From NCBI RefSeq assembly GCF_009914755.1, contig NC_060935.1: DNA of 64,000 nucleotides. One strand, 5' to 3'. Both the position numbers and the translations under genes were made by a program. Position 1 is the stretch's first letter. Every line of letters begins with the position of its first letter. This DNA comes from the human T2T-CHM13v2.0 reference genome, Homo sapiens. Of the stretch, positions 32,956 through 46,970 are shown in pieces. The notes under the pieces were generated by a model. It saw only the letters and a program-made list of their open reading frames with translations. It had not been told where the DNA came from and did no database searches.

Positions 32956-33744
32956 ACAACAGCAATGAAAACCTAGCAACTTGTATTAGTCAAATTTTCA
33001 GAAACCCCTGAACTTTCATGGCCTAAAGTATTGCCTCTGGCCCTAATGACAGTGAGGCCAACTCTTTTGATAGCATCTCTGCTCTCTCTCTCTGCGAACT
33101 AAGATTCCTAGCTACCAGGAGATATTTTCAGCATTCCTAGACACTGACTTATTATATGGTGATATAAGTAATTATTACAAAGGAGTCATAATATACTCAG
33201 TCTTTTTACCAACACATACAATCAGCTTTTCCTAAAGAGCTTCCCCTCAAAATTCCTTCATTATTTTAAACCTAGAGACTTCATCTGTTGGAAGAGATCT
33301 CAGAGAAAGGTAGCCTGAAGTTTTAATGAAGAGAGCCTTATCAGGTAGTATTGGAACCCCAGAGTGCTTATTCTTGGATCTGTGTCTTGATTAAAGACAT
33401 ACAGCCATCATTTAATCACCTAAAACTTTTTAAACTGGCAAACTCAAACCAAGAACTCTTAGGGATTCTTAACTCCATTAAGTACACAGCTTTATGTATG
33501 CCAATTCTAATTATTATCATATAAACTTTTCTTATTTCCAACAACGAGCCCTTTCAAAAGATCCATCATAAGCAATTCAAGACCATATTCAAAAACCATG
33601 TAAATATCTTTTCCAAAGTCCCCTTTGTCAGACAGTACAAAGACCCTGTCCAAGTAGGATTCTTCCTTGCTACAGAAGGTTTAAAATAACGCAGCTTCAC
33701 TTGATGAGCAGGTTCCTCTGGTGAGTTTATTTTATCATAGCCTA

Positions 33745-34680
33745 CTAACTATGCAATATATACTCTTAAATAACTAGTAGATAACATACATTTAACATGA
33801 CTAAAACAAAATTCTGTTTCGTATCCCCCTGTTTTTCTCCACATCCCCATTTCCTATGTGAGTAAAGAGCTACTCCATTCTTATTATTCAGGCAGGCACC
33901 AAATCATTCTTGATTTATTTCTGTTATAATCTATAGCCAAATAATCTATAAATCCTCTCAGCTCTTACTGGAACATATGCAGTATTGTGAATGAATCTGA
34001 CCACTTCTTCCCAGCTCTGTCGTCAACATGCTACTCTAAGCCATCTCTTACTTGGACTATTGCAGTACCTCTTACTGGATCTCCCTGTCTTTGCCTTTGC
34101 CCCATCCCTGCTCCTCCCCATCTATTCAGAGATCTCCTGTCAGAGCATGTCAAGCCTCTGGTCAAAACTCTTCAATGACTTCCCAGGTCATTTAGAGTAA
34201 CAGCCTAATCCCTAAGAGTAGCTTGTATTATCTGCCCCTCCTTTTTAACTCTCAGTTCTTACTTTCTACAGCCCTCCTCCTTGCAGTTGCTTCAGTACAA
34301 CAGGCCTACTACTGGTTGAACAATTCATTCTTCCAGTTCCCAATATCTAAATTGTGGTTTCCCCCACCCCCAAATATCTGTATGGTTTCTGCACCTCCTT
34401 CAGACCTTTACTCAAATGCTGCCTATTCATTAAGATTTCAATTCCTATCCCATCCAAAACTACTAGGGACAAGAGATTCACCTTCGCCTCCAACTCACCA
34501 TATTTACTTTGACTCTTAGACTGCTTCGTATTTCTCTTTAGCATATATAATTATATAACATTCTTTTTTGAATATATGATAGCAGAAATTTTGTTTCTAT
34601 TTTTAATTTTTCTTATTCTACTCTGTCTCCAACACATAGAGCAGTGTTTTAATAAACAGCAGGCACTGCTTCTTAATAAA
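33745..34680 (+). mobile_element. L2 fragment (about 0.9 kb)
   Basis: CTTGGACTATTGCAGTACCTCTTACTGG..TCAAAACTCTTCAATGACTTCCC.. through to the 3' end. Confidence 0.75.
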
Positions 34681-36529
34681 TCTATACATACACTTATGTT
34701 AACCTTTATTATAAATCATAGCGGGCAGACCGCGGGCTTGTCTCTTCAACTTGTGGATTCTGATCTGAGACTGTCTGCTGCCGGCACTGTTTAACAGAAC
34801 ACCTCTTGATTTTGTTTAACAAAGTAATATTGGCTCATCTTCAAATTTATTTTCATTCTCAAAATACCACAATTCTGATCCTGTCTTTGTTTCACCATCC
34901 CAGTGTTAGTGATTATAACTCAAATATACCCAGTGAGGCTATATAACCTCACACACTAGCCTGTGTACTATCTAGGTGATATTAATTGCATATGGCCTTG
35001 TAATGAACTCAGCTTATTTTTCTTACTTGGCCATTCCAATCCTACCCCTTCGAATTTGAACCTATTCCCCCCAGCTGACTAGCAATCTGGATGCCTGATT
35101 CTTTAGTATGAAGTAGGTGCTCAAAAATATTTGAAAATCTTCAGATAAAACATGACAATTATCTGCCTTTCCTCTTGCAGATGCAAGACCTAAATTATTA
35201 CTATGGAAGCACTTAGCCTGATTTCTCTAGCTCACTGCCTAATACATAAATAGGTCACGAAATATACAGAGCCTTTATATTTTCTAAATAAAGCATTAAA
35301 AATGCAATATTTTAATATAATCAGTGTCTTCGTCTCCCATCAGGTACATTTTATAAGACTGGGATATCCTGCTATCCGTCATAACTATCATCATGTCTTA
35401 GCTAAAGAGAAGTGTGTCTCATACAAGGCAAAATGTAACAACATTCTCATCTCTTAGATCTCATTGTTACTCTGATTTTCTTGCTGTTATGTGATACCCA
35501 GATGAGTCGTTTCACCTTTGTACCTTCATTCTACTTTAAATGTTTTCAGACTAAAGTTTTTCTTTGCATTGTCTGCTTGGTTTTCAGCATCACTCTATAC
35601 ATGTAGAGACACAGCTTGTTGTGCTGCTTCTCAGCCCAGCACTCCAGGCTCTCCTTTGTTCGGAAAGGGGTTCAGAGAAGTATTGTGGGTTCTTTGTTGA
35701 GGCAAACTGAAATTATGCTTATGGGAAGCATTCACCATGATATTGTAAACTGAGGGTATAAAGGCTATATCCTAGGGGACAAGTTAACTCCACACAATAA
35801 ATTTTAAAAATCTTATTTTCTACCAAAATGATGCTCCTGAACTTTCCAGATGTTTTATATAATATTATCACTCAGAATGGTATTCTGACCAATCATGATA
35901 TAAATAGGGGCTCCCATAGACCATCTAATATAAAAGACATTGACTTTGTAATAGGATACAAATATTTCCTGCTTTCCTTATTATTGTAAATATATCTGTT
36001 CTTCAGTGGAAGAGGAAAGGACTTCTGGATAATTTTTATAATAATTGATTCTAACTCCTCCTCACCTCATACAGCTTAGGAGTGTGACCATATAGAGCCA
36101 TAAAAACACTCAGAATTTACAAGACTATATGATTCTATTCCATGCAGCAGACTCAAAAAGAAAGCTCCCATGGCCCAAAAGCAGCACAATAATGACAGTC
36201 CACAGAATATCATGGGTTACTAATGAAACCAGAAGTAGCCTGTTGTCTGAAAATTATTCATTAAGTATTCCATCATTTGTCCTCTGATACATAATGTGAG
36301 TAAACAAACAAACAAATAGACATTTCCAAAAGTTTGTTTTTTTCTAGGCGATTTCCGGGGCTAAGTCTGTACCAGTGGACTGATGTGTCCTGTTAGCCTT
36401 CCTCCCAAGGAACCCAAATGGCAGAGGGATTTCCCTGTTGAATAGCAAATACATATAGTGTTACTTAAACAATTGTGTTCCAGGAGATGGGATGGAAAAC
36501 TATGTTCTCACACGTAGAGGTCTTTTGTG

Positions 36530-36796
36530 TTGTTGTTTTTGTTTTGTTTTGTTCTTTGTTTTTTGAGAAATAGGGTCTCACTCTGTTCCCAGGCTGGAGT
36601 ACAGTAGTGACGCTATCAAAGCTTGCTGCAACCTCAGCCTCCTGGGTTCAGGCAATCCTCCCACCTCAGTCTCTTGAGTAGCGAGGACTGTATGTTTGCA
36701 TCACCACACCCAGCCATTTTTTTTTTAACTTTTTATAGAGACAGGCTCTTGCTGTGTTTCCCAGGCTGGCCTCAAACTCCTGGCCTTAAGCAATCA
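36530..36796 (-). mobile_element. AluJ, 5'-truncated
   Basis: AGGGTCTCACTCTG..CAATCCTCCCACCTCAG..CTCCTGGCCTTAAGCAATC; (GTTTT)n tail. Confidence 0.9.
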
Positions 36797-36866
36797 ATAT
36801 GTTTTATAGTATCTATTCTCAACATTATTTTTCTTATTGTTGAAGGGTATGTATGTGTATATTTGA

Positions 36867-36888
36867 GTGTGTGTGTGTGTGTGTGTGT
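36867..36888. repeat. (GT)11 microsatellite
   Basis: Directly visible. Confidence 0.95.
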
Positions 36889-37003
36889 TAAAAGTAACAA
36901 CGGTAAAATATTGTAAAAATCATTTGAATACTTTATGTCATGACATATAATAGTCAGACATACGTAGACATAGTATGTCCTGTAATGACATACTTTTAAA
37001 GAA

Positions 37004-37166
37004 TTGCTTTGCATTTCTCTAATAATCAGCGATGTTGAGCTTTTTTACATTTTTTGCCATATAAATGTCTTCTTTTGAGAAGAGTCTATGCATGTCCTTT
37101 GCCCACTTTTTAATGGGAGTTTTTTTGTGAATTTAAGTTCCTTGTAGACTCTGGATATTAGACCTT
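37004..37166 (-). mobile_element. Inverted 5' segment of L1PA insertion
   Basis: Antisense ORF2: TTTGCATTTCTCTAAT..TCTTTTGAGAAG..CTGGATATTAGACCTT. Confidence 0.9.
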
Positions 37167-37885
37167 CACGAGAAGATACCGGCCCATGCCAGTCAGAATG
37201 ACGATTATTAAAAAGTCAGACAACAGATGCTGGCGAGGCGATGGAGAAATAGGAACATTGTTACATTGTTGGTGGGAATGTAAATTATTTCCACCATTGT
37301 GAAAGATAGCGTGGCAATTCCTCAAAGACCTAGAACAAGAAATAACATTTGACCCAGCAATTGCATTACTGGGTATATCCCCCAAAGGAATATAAATCAT
37401 TCTATTATAAAGATACATACACATGTATGTTCACTGCAGCACTATTCGCAATAGCAAAGGCATGGAATCAACCCAAATGTTCATCAATGATAGGTATGAT
37501 AAAGAAAATATGGTACACATACACCATGGAATACTATGCAGCCATAAAAAGGAATAAGATCATGTCCTTTGCAGAGACATGGATGGAGCTGGAAGCCATT
37601 ATCCTCAGCAAGCTAATGCAGGAACAGAAAACCAGACACCACATGTTCTGAACAATGAGAACACATGGACACAGGGAGGGGAACAACACACACTGGGGCC
37701 TGTTGAAAGTGGGGTGGGGGGACGGAGAGCATAGGGAAAAATACAGAATGCATGCTGGGCTTAATACCTAGGTGATGGGTTGATAGGTGCAGTGAACCAC
37801 CATGGCACACATTTAGCTATGTAACAAACCTGCACATCCTACACATGTACACTATAACTTTAAATAAAATCAAATAAAATAATTT
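37167..37885 (+). mobile_element. L1PA (about L1PA8-11) 3' segment
   Basis: ORF2p C-terminal remnant (ORF 37349-37651), 3' UTR and A-rich tail; 18-nt deletion near 37650. Confidence 0.95.
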
Positions 37886-37899
37886 TTAAAAAGTGAAAA

Positions 37900-38640
37900 A
37901 ATGTTGCATCATATTCCTTACTAAGAATGTATCATAGAATATTTAAACAACTTACATCGTGGCAAAATGTCCTCTATATGGTTTTATAATTTATATTCCT
38001 CCTAATATATACTATATTCTAGATACTATTCTATATACTATATTCCTGGTAATATAATTTATAATTCAACTACTTGTATAATTTACATTCCTACTAGTAG
38101 TGGACAAAAATTTCTATTGTCTGGATCACAAACACCATCAGATATCATCACTTGAAAATATTATCTATTTTGATTGCAAATGCTGCTATTTTACTGTTTT
38201 TCTTCAAATTCATTTGATTTTCAGTCATGTTGTACATTTTCATATGGTTATTATTTATTTCAGTGTTTTTAATGCTTATTCATTTCCCTTGCCTTTGTAT
38301 TTTTAAGGATGCCTATCTTTTTCGATTGACTTATAAAAAACTTTTTACATATTAAAGATTGAAACAGCTTGTCATCTTCATAGAACTTATTTGCTGTTGG
38401 CCTTTTAGTTCTGTTGGTGACATCTTTGACATTTAAAATTAAGTATATTATCATTTATATTTCCTTTTATTATAAATATAAATATGCTTGATGTGCTAAC
38501 TTATGAAATAATTTTGGTGTGTGCTGTAAGGGTGAGATTTACCCTCAAATAATCATTTGTTCAAAGATGATTTAGTAGTTATTTAAAAATCTATGGAATA
38601 ATATCAAGGATTCAGTTATAAATTTTATATGTATTTTAAC
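37900..38640 (-). mobile_element. Ancient L1M fragment
   Basis: Degenerate antisense L1 motifs (TGCATCATATTCC, TTTACATTCCTACTAGTAGTG, AACACCATCAGATATCATC). Confidence 0.4.
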
Positions 38641-38669
38641 CTTTCCATATTTTTCCCATGCTCCAAATT

Positions 38670-39250
38670 GTCCTCACTTTGCACAATAATTTTACAATGT
38701 TTTATATTCTAGCCACACTAAACCATCCAAAACTTTGTGAAAATATTTGCAACTTTTACATGTTTTTTTTTTCTTGCTATTCCTTCTGTCTCAGTGTTTC
38801 TTTCTTCTCATTCTATCAAAATATGCTCATCCTCTCTAAGGTTCCATTTAAATGTGACCTCTTCCATGACAACTTTCAAATAATTTTAGAGAGAATTAAT
38901 GTTTCCTTTTTTCCACAACTGCACACCAACAATCTTATACCTCTGCTTACCACTTACTTTTATGCTTTACATTATAATATAGTATTGACATATTTATCAC
39001 CTCCCACTTAACTCTAAGATCCATCTACAGACTCTTTTCTTAAATCTTTCTTTTTATTTTTATCTTTTATTATTATTATTTTTTAGATGGAGTTTTGCTC
39101 TTATTACCCAGGCTGGAGTGCAATGGCGTGATCTCGGCTCACCGCAACCTCCTCTTGCTGGGTTCAAGTGACTAAATCTTATACAGTACGTAGAACGCTG
39201 CCAACTATATAGTATGCGCTCAAAAAATATCTGCCCCATGTAAAAAATAA
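38670..39250 (+). mobile_element. L2 3' fragment interrupted by Alu piece
   Basis: CATTTAAATGTGACCTCTTCCATGA..TAGTATGCGCTCAAAAAATAT. Confidence 0.5.
39046..39171 (-). mobile_element. AluSp/Sq-like 3' fragment
   Basis: GAGTTTTGCTCTT..GTGCAATGGCG..CACCGCAACC; TSD TAAATCTT at 39041 and 39173. Confidence 0.9.
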
Positions 39251-39299
39251 ATGGGGTTTAGAGAAAGAGAAGCAGTCAAGCAAGTGGATAAGGAAAGGG

Positions 39300-39500
39300 A
39301 ACAATTACATTTTAGGTGTCTGGTATATACTAGGTGTTACACACACATTCTTGGTTAATGTTCATAACTTCATGAGTATGTATTATCCCCTTGATTATTA
39401 GAAATGGGAATAGAAGCAATCAGATAAAGCATACTTTGTCTAGGACCAAGTGCCAAGATTTAACTTGGGTATCTCTTAGTCCAGGGTGTCTCTTCCTTCT
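39300..39500 (-). mobile_element. MIR
   Basis: TACTAGGTGTT..TTCATAACTTCATGAG..TATTATCCCC..ACTTTGTCTAGG. Confidence 0.45.
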
Positions 39501-41877
39501 TGTGTATCCCACCAAGTCTTCACTCTTAGCCTTTCTATCTTGTATTAGAGATCACAGCAATAACATATGCCCCAAACATTATTAGTCGAATCACCTAAAA
39601 GTGTACATTGAGCTCTTTTAGAAGCAATTTGAATTATCCATTTATGGAATTTTCCAAGGAAGAACTCACAGTCATGAAACAAAAACAATTCGTTACTAGA
39701 TGGTGTTGGCCAGAAATACTACAATACGAGCTCAAAGAAAAGATAGAGCCATGTGGAATGGAATGATTTGGAAAACCTTGAATTTTGACTGGAAATTAGG
39801 AAGATAGGGAGGCTATATTGAGTCCATGTGTCAGGGACAATGCTAAGTCTTATCATACCTCACTGAGTTCACATACAGTACCTCCTTTCTGAGGATTCAG
39901 AGCCATTCAAGTTTTGAAATGTCTTGCATAGACAAAACAGTTTCCAATATATGGCACACTTTTACCAATGTTGTCTTATATAATCCTCATAATCCTGCCA
40001 AAACAGCAGTAAGAAAGTATTCATTTATTCATCTCTTCACCTGTTAATTAATTAAACTATTCACACATTGACTCATTGCTTCATTTATTTACACAAAAAC
40101 TTATTGAAGACCTTCTATGGGATAGGCATAGTTCTAAGGGCTGTTAGATAAAGGTATAAAATCTATCTTGGCTTTGAGTATCATTATTCTTTTTTCCAGA
40201 TGGGCAATTTGAATCCCTGATTAGTGCATAGACACACCCAACTACATAGAAGTATTTTAGAGCAGGGGAGGAATTGTAATCATATTGTCGGACTCCCCAG
40301 TAGGTCAAACCAAATCCTAATTTTGCTTAATACCTATGACCAAACTAGATAGATAAATATGAAAGTTACAGTGGCAGGTGTCTGCACAGTGCTTCCATCT
40401 TACTGGCTATTTTATGGTCTCTTATCTAACATTTCCCTCAGAACTCCTGGTTGAACATTTTTTTAAGACTGTTTTCTCCACACTACTCACTAGACTGAAT
40501 AAAATATTCTAATTAGATATTTGTTGATACAAAGGTGAGAACCCAGAGGCAAAACTTCATGCTGTGGTGTTGGAGCTTGCTACCTAAAGCGCAAGTTAAG
40601 GTGCTGATATATTCAGTATTAGGGGCTGGAGCTCTTTTTCTAAATTCAATACTCTCTTAGCTGTACCCTAGAGCTATTTCAGTTCAATGAAAACACACTC
40701 CTAAAATGACACAGTGTGGTTACCCATGCAAAGAACACTTGGCAGACCTTTATAGTGAGATCCCATTTATACAGAAATATACCAATGATTCTATTACAAC
40801 ATGCAGAATTGTCCTAATACAAGGATAAAAGAAGGCACTAGTACATCCATTTCAAGAGTTTCAGGATAGTAACTTATTCAAATTATGATTCCTTCAAACC
40901 TATCTTTGATGCTTGAAATTTATTTTATTACTCTGAGAAGTAGAAGAAAGCATGTATTAATAATATGTCAGGCATAAATGTTACCCAATTTAAAGACATT
41001 CTTAAAATAATAACATTGGTATTATTATAATTATACTAATTATTATTTGTCACACATGATTTCAGGGTTATATAAATTGTACATAGAATAACCATTACTT
41101 AACTCATGACTATTGGGTCAGTTTCTTCATCTATAAAAAGGAGCCTATTTTTGTGAGTTTTCCTACAAAAGAGGACTGTGCAAGTAATCAAAGGGAGTAA
41201 TAAGCTTTGGGAATTATAAATTGCTATATAATTTAAGGTGAGGTTTATTATAAAATGCTGCTTGATTCTGATGGCAAATGAGTCTGCCTCACGTTGTGGA
41301 ATAAGGGTATCATAATCACATTCTTAAGACCCAAACTCACTTTCCTCTAAGACCTCACTCTGACCACATTTTCAAGGATAAACAGGTGGATTTGAAACAT
41401 TTCTTTCCTATAATCTGTATCGATTGGCTGTATGTTTTTTTTCCTGTGCCCACATTCATAATATTAATGAAATTAATGACTAGTCTTGCTGAAAACTATT
41501 AAATTTACATTTTATAGTTCTTATAAATACAAGAACCCATTGGCATGCACCTTAATGTTCCCCAAATGTTATTAATATACATTGCACCTGGTATAGAAAT
41601 TTCCAGTTGAATTAGTTTGGGCATTAGATCCCACTAACTCTTTAGTATAGTCCAGGAGGCTTGATGATATTTTATGCTTTGACAGCTGATGTGGAATCAT
41701 AAAAGGATAAAACACTATATCTTTTTTTCTGTTCAATAGCTGTAGGAAAACAAAATGCAAGACTAAAATTTATTCATCTGCATTTATATTAATCAGTTCA
41801 ATGGGAATGTGCTCTAACCCATTTATTGACAGGTTTCTATATGCTAAGAGTGCTGGTTGTTAAAAATATGATATGTG

Positions 41878-42160
41878 GGCCTGGTGTGGTGGCTAACACC
41901 TGTAATCCCAGCACTTCAGGAGGCTGAGGCAGGTAAATCACTTGAGCCCAGGAGTCTGAGACCCACTTGGGCAGCATGCGAAAACCCCGCCTCTATGAAA
42001 AATACAAAAAAATTAGCCAGGCATTGTGGCGAATGCCTGTAGTCCGAGCTACTCAGGGGACTGAGGTGGAAGAATCTTTTGAGCCTGGGAGGCCAGTGTT
42101 GTAGTGAGTCAAGGTAACACCACAAACAAACAAAACAACAACAACCACAACAACAACAAC
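41878..42160 (+). mobile_element. AluJ lacking its last about 35 nt, with (CAA)n tail
   Basis: CTTGAGCCCAGGAG J diagnostics; TSD AATATGATATGT at 41865 and 42162. Confidence 0.9.
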
Positions 42161-42605
42161 TAATATGATATGTAATTTACTCCTCACAAGTAATTTGTTC
42201 GGAAGTAACAGGCCAAAATATCAATATGCAGAGATATAGAATGTCAAAGGCCACGCAGAGAATAAATAGTGGAACGAAAATGAAAACTTAGGTCTGTCTG
42301 ACTCCACTTAATGATACTTTTTCTTAACCCCTTTTATTACTTTACCATCATGGACTACAGAGTATGGAAAATTGTATATGTCATGCATAGAAACTATTTA
42401 TTAAATAATGACTTATTTTTCCATTTATTAATAAAATATGATAATTCTAGCTAAGATTTATGATCAGCCTAAGATAGCCAGCTTTTCCACAATGATTTGG
42501 CATAATAATTATTAAAAAACTCAATGTCTTATTCATTCAGCTTTATATCAGGATTACATTTCTATGATGCTTAGAAAATTACAAAGTCTTAAAAATGAGT
42601 GTTTC

Positions 42606-42880
42606 CCTGTAATACCAGCACTTTGGGAGGCCGAGGCAGGCGGATCATGAGGTCAGGAGATCAAGATCATCCTGGCTAACACAGTGAAACTCTGTCTCTA
42701 CTAAAAATACAAAAAATTAGCCGGGTGTGGTGGTGGGCACCTGTAGTTCCAGCTACTCAGGAGGCTGAGGCAGGAGAATGGCGTGAACCAGGGAAGCAGA
42801 GCTTGCAGTGAGCCGAGATAGCGCCACTGTACTCCAGCCTGGGTGACAGAGTGAGACTCCGTCTCAAAAAAAAAAAAAAA
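42606..42880 (+). mobile_element. AluY, 5'-truncated by about 20 nt
   Basis: Starts CCTGTAAT; GAGAATGGCGTGAACC..GAGCTTGCAG; TSD core AGTGTTTC. Confidence 0.95.
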
Positions 42881-43535
42881 GTGTTTCTATCTTTTTTGGA
42901 ATGCCAGACATCTAGGACTTGGAATCAAACAACTTAGGGGTAGTATATTAATTCCACTGTACCAAGAGGGAACTGCAATGAAAGACTCCTTTTCTCAGTC
43001 CGTAATGGAGTAAAGTGGAGATGAGGGAGGTACGTCCTACTTTGACACATCAATTCTTGGCTCTCCACATTTTCAAAGACCCTCAGACTGAGTCAGAGCA
43101 AGAGATAGGTTCCTAGACATTCAGGACAGAGGATCACATCCTTTTCCATATCCAAACAATTGCCTTCCTTTCTCACTACCTTCCACTGTTCCTCTCTTGA
43201 GTCTGACCAAGAAATTAAGACTTTACACCACCTTGTATAAAGCCTTTCTTAATCATGAGGCACCACACTGAATTTTCTTCCTCTCTAAACATCAGCAGTA
43301 TTTGTAATCCAGTCCCACGTTTCACCTGGCTTTTTTTATGAATCACATTTACAGAAATTGTTCTAATCTCATGTACTGAACCCATATCTTCTAGCCATTA
43401 GGAAACCCTATCTCTTCAGCAGGCCCTCTCACTTATGTATTTCTAAGACACCCAAACAATAAAAGCCTCTACATCCAATTGTTTCCTAAACTTTATCAGG
43501 TTATGCATCCTTGGTAAGACCATTTGCCTTTTGGT

Positions 43536-43668
43536 ATAGTCACTCTCTAATGTATTATCCAAAGTTGGACACTGTTGAGATTGAAAAGGAGGCATTTACC
43601 AGATGAGATTCCAGTAACACATGTAAAACCTGAGATTGTCCTGAGCTAGCTGGTTCATGTGGCCACCT
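43536..43668. mobile_element. MER94-like hAT-Blackjack MITE
   Basis: TCCAAAGTTGGACACTGTTGAGATTGAAAAGG..GATTGTCC..TGGCCACCT; about 130 bp. Confidence 0.6.
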
Positions 43669-44499
43669 TGCCACTAGGGATACCCTATAACCAGACAGTG
43701 TCACATCTACATTCTACTCCACATCTATTCCAACCCACAGCAATTTTTTAAGGGCCTTTGGTGGTTTTTGTTTTAATCTATGGCCTCTCATTCGTGGAGC
43801 ATGCAGTTTTTCCTCAGTGGACAGGGTGGCAGAGCAGTGCTAAGGTAGGAACATTGTTCAGTCTCACCTTTTGCAAATCTGATCCTCAGATCCTAATACT
43901 AGGGCAATGCACTTCAGCACGAACTTTTTAAGGTGATTTTCTTTAGTGGTCTTGCAGCCACATACTTCCCTCCTTCCATTAACTCCACAGTCTGTCACAC
44001 ATAGCAGTACATATCTGAACTGCACTTTTAGACAGTTCAAATGGTTCAAACACTTTTCCATTAGCCAACTAGAATCCATCTGAATACCTCTAAAATCGGT
44101 GAGTTAAGTTTCTGGAATATTCTTTGGCTATCAGAAGGGTGGTCAACCAAGAGCTCACAGAACACCTCTTGGAGAACTATGTGTCTAAATTCACATGCAA
44201 TTTAAAGGAATTTTATCTGCAGCTCAGCCACAATAGACTGCTATATATTTTTGCTTGTAATACAACAATCTAGTTCATAGTGATTCGTTCACCAACCCTG
44301 ATGTGTTTCAAAAAAGATTTGGTGTCAATTTCACACAAAATTTTTTTAAGAAGTTTTGTTCTGTTTCAATATTTTTTCGGAGTTATTTTCTGTTCTTCCT
44401 GTCCTCCTTTATCACATCATTTGGTAGGCATTATTGACACTGTTAATGATAAGAGAGGGCACCTTTAAAACACAGATGTAAAATTTTACATGCTTCATT

Positions 44500-44685
44500 T
44501 AACTATTACTTTGTTTGGGATGCACAACTATGTGAAATCAAGAAATATTATTTATTATCAGCCTTTTACTGCTGAGGAAACTGAGGTACTGACAATTTAA
44601 CACATTTTTCCAAAGCCTAACAATTAAAAAAGTGACCGAACTGGAATACAAAGTCTGTTTCCTGGAACTGTATTTTGTGCCCTTC
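44500..44685 (-). mobile_element. MIR
   Basis: TTTTACTGCTGAGGAAACTGAGG core. Confidence 0.65.
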
Positions 44686-45319
44686 AGCACTTCAAATGGC
44701 TCCTCATTGCAGGAACATTTTTCAGCGGCCTTCACCAACACCAAAGACAGAAAGTTGAAAGACATGGCCAATGTACCAAGGTGAAAGTCAGTCACCATCC
44801 CGTGGTACCTCTTCATAAAATGTCCATTTACTTTTTGCTTGACAGATTTCTGTTTGCAATGGAATCAGCTCTGTGTGTGTGTTTTTTTTTCTTTTTTTTT
44901 TTTTTTCCGGCAGTGTATCCCTCTGGCTTGAATACTTTAGCTATGACCTTAAGTTTATGTCCCTTCATATCATCTTAGATAAATGCCATCCATTGAGACA
45001 CATAAGGAGTTGCCTGGTGCCTTTTTAATCATTAGTATTGCTTTTTTAGTATCCTGCATTATCCTGCTGATGCTAAAATATTACGGCATCATTTTTCATA
45101 GATCAGCAACTCTACGTATACCAGTTTAGATTACTTTGCAATTATAGCAGAATACCATTGCACTTCTTTCCCTCTTAGATAGATACAGTTGCATTTTCAA
45201 CTGATTCTTCTGATCTAGAAACTACTTCTCTAGTGCTGCGTTGGAAAAGGCTAGACATGTGCTTTTATGTCCATCTGCAATGAGTCTCCAAGTAGTATTA
45301 GAACATATATTATTAGTAT

Positions 45320-45762
<443 letters not shown>

Positions 45763-45824
45763 TCATAATTTGTTTTGGTTTGCTTTGTTTAAAGAAAGAA
45801 GGTATAGCATAATGGCTTATAAGC

Positions 45825-46318
45825 TGCATTAGTCAGGGTTCACTAGAAAAAACAGAACCAATAGGATTGTGTGTGTCAGTGTATACGTATAAAAATATAA
45901 TTACTATATGTAATATTTTATACATATTACATCAGAAATTGGCTCACACAATTATAGAGGCTAACAAGTTCTAAGATCTATAGTCAGCTATCTGGAGACC
46001 CGGGATATCTGATAGTTTAGCTACAAATGTAGGCAGGCTCAAGACCCATGAAAGATCTGGCAGCAGAAAAAGAATGACGCCCCAGTTCAAAGTCAAGTTG
46101 ACAGGAGGAATTCCTTATTTGGAGGAGAGGCAGCCATCAGGCCTTCCAGTGATTAAATAAGGCCTATCTGCATTAAGGAGAGCCATCTGTTTTACTCAGT
46201 TCATCAACTTAAATGTTAAACTTGTCCAAAAACACCCTCATAGAATTACTCAGAGTAATGCTGGACCAAATACCACGCTGTGGCGCCTCCAAGTTAACAC
46301 ATAAAACTGAACATTACA
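45825..46318 (-). mobile_element. MLT2 (ERVL) solo LTR
   Basis: TTAGTCAGGGTTC..AACAGAACCAATAGGA..AATTGGCTCACACAATTAT..CAAGTTAACACATAAAA; TSD TAAGC/GAAGC. Confidence 0.85.
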
Positions 46319-46508
46319 GAAGCTGTAATGGGTAACTAGAGTAATCGGTGTCCCAACTATTGGCCTTGAGGCACATGAAGGGTTAAAAAGTAAACCAACT
46401 CAAGGGCAAGTGGGCTTGGGCGGCCAAGGGCCTGCACAGACTAAAACCACTTCCCCAAGAGCCTCAACTTGAAAAAGAATACAAAACTTTTCCCCCCTTC
46501 TATGTAAC

Positions 46509-46970
46509 TGTGGGAAACACACTCACCCATCCAAATCCAAAGAATGGACTTAGAGGCATGAAGAACAGCGAAAGTGAGATTTTTTAAAAACAGTCTTGCA
46601 AGATCAGGTGTCTGGTGAACAGGCACACCCAGGACAGTCACAACAGGTAATTTATCTCCTAGCACGCAAGTCCATTCCCCAGTTCCTCATTGGTCAAGTA
46701 CTATGGGGTTACAATCTTCCCGGACGTCACCTAAGTTTCATTATCCCTCTTACAAGGTTGTGTATACCCTGTCCCCTTCCCCACTTAAGGTTTGACGTTC
46801 CAATAACGAAACTTCTTCTCTTTTATGGGCTGACCCCTCCTCTGCATTCTGTTTGCTCATTGTGACCTTTCAGGTGCATGAGCTGTGCGGTTTATTACTT
46901 TTGTAGGCTGACTGCCAGTACTTAGATTTATCGTTCCTTGAAAATGGACCTTTTAAAATGTTTTCTCACG
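46509..46970 (-). mobile_element. Solo LTR, LTR47A-like (ERVL)
   Basis: 462 bp bounded by a perfect 5-bp TSD GTAAC (46504-46508, 46971-46975); reverse strand begins GTGAGAAAACATTTTAAAAGGTCCATTTTCAAGG. Family name less certain than LTR status. Confidence 0.7.

Noticed and set aside
35320-35350. CTCCCATCAG|GTACAT acceptor-donor junction (similar near 5605)
   Set aside because: Donor too weak; expected by chance
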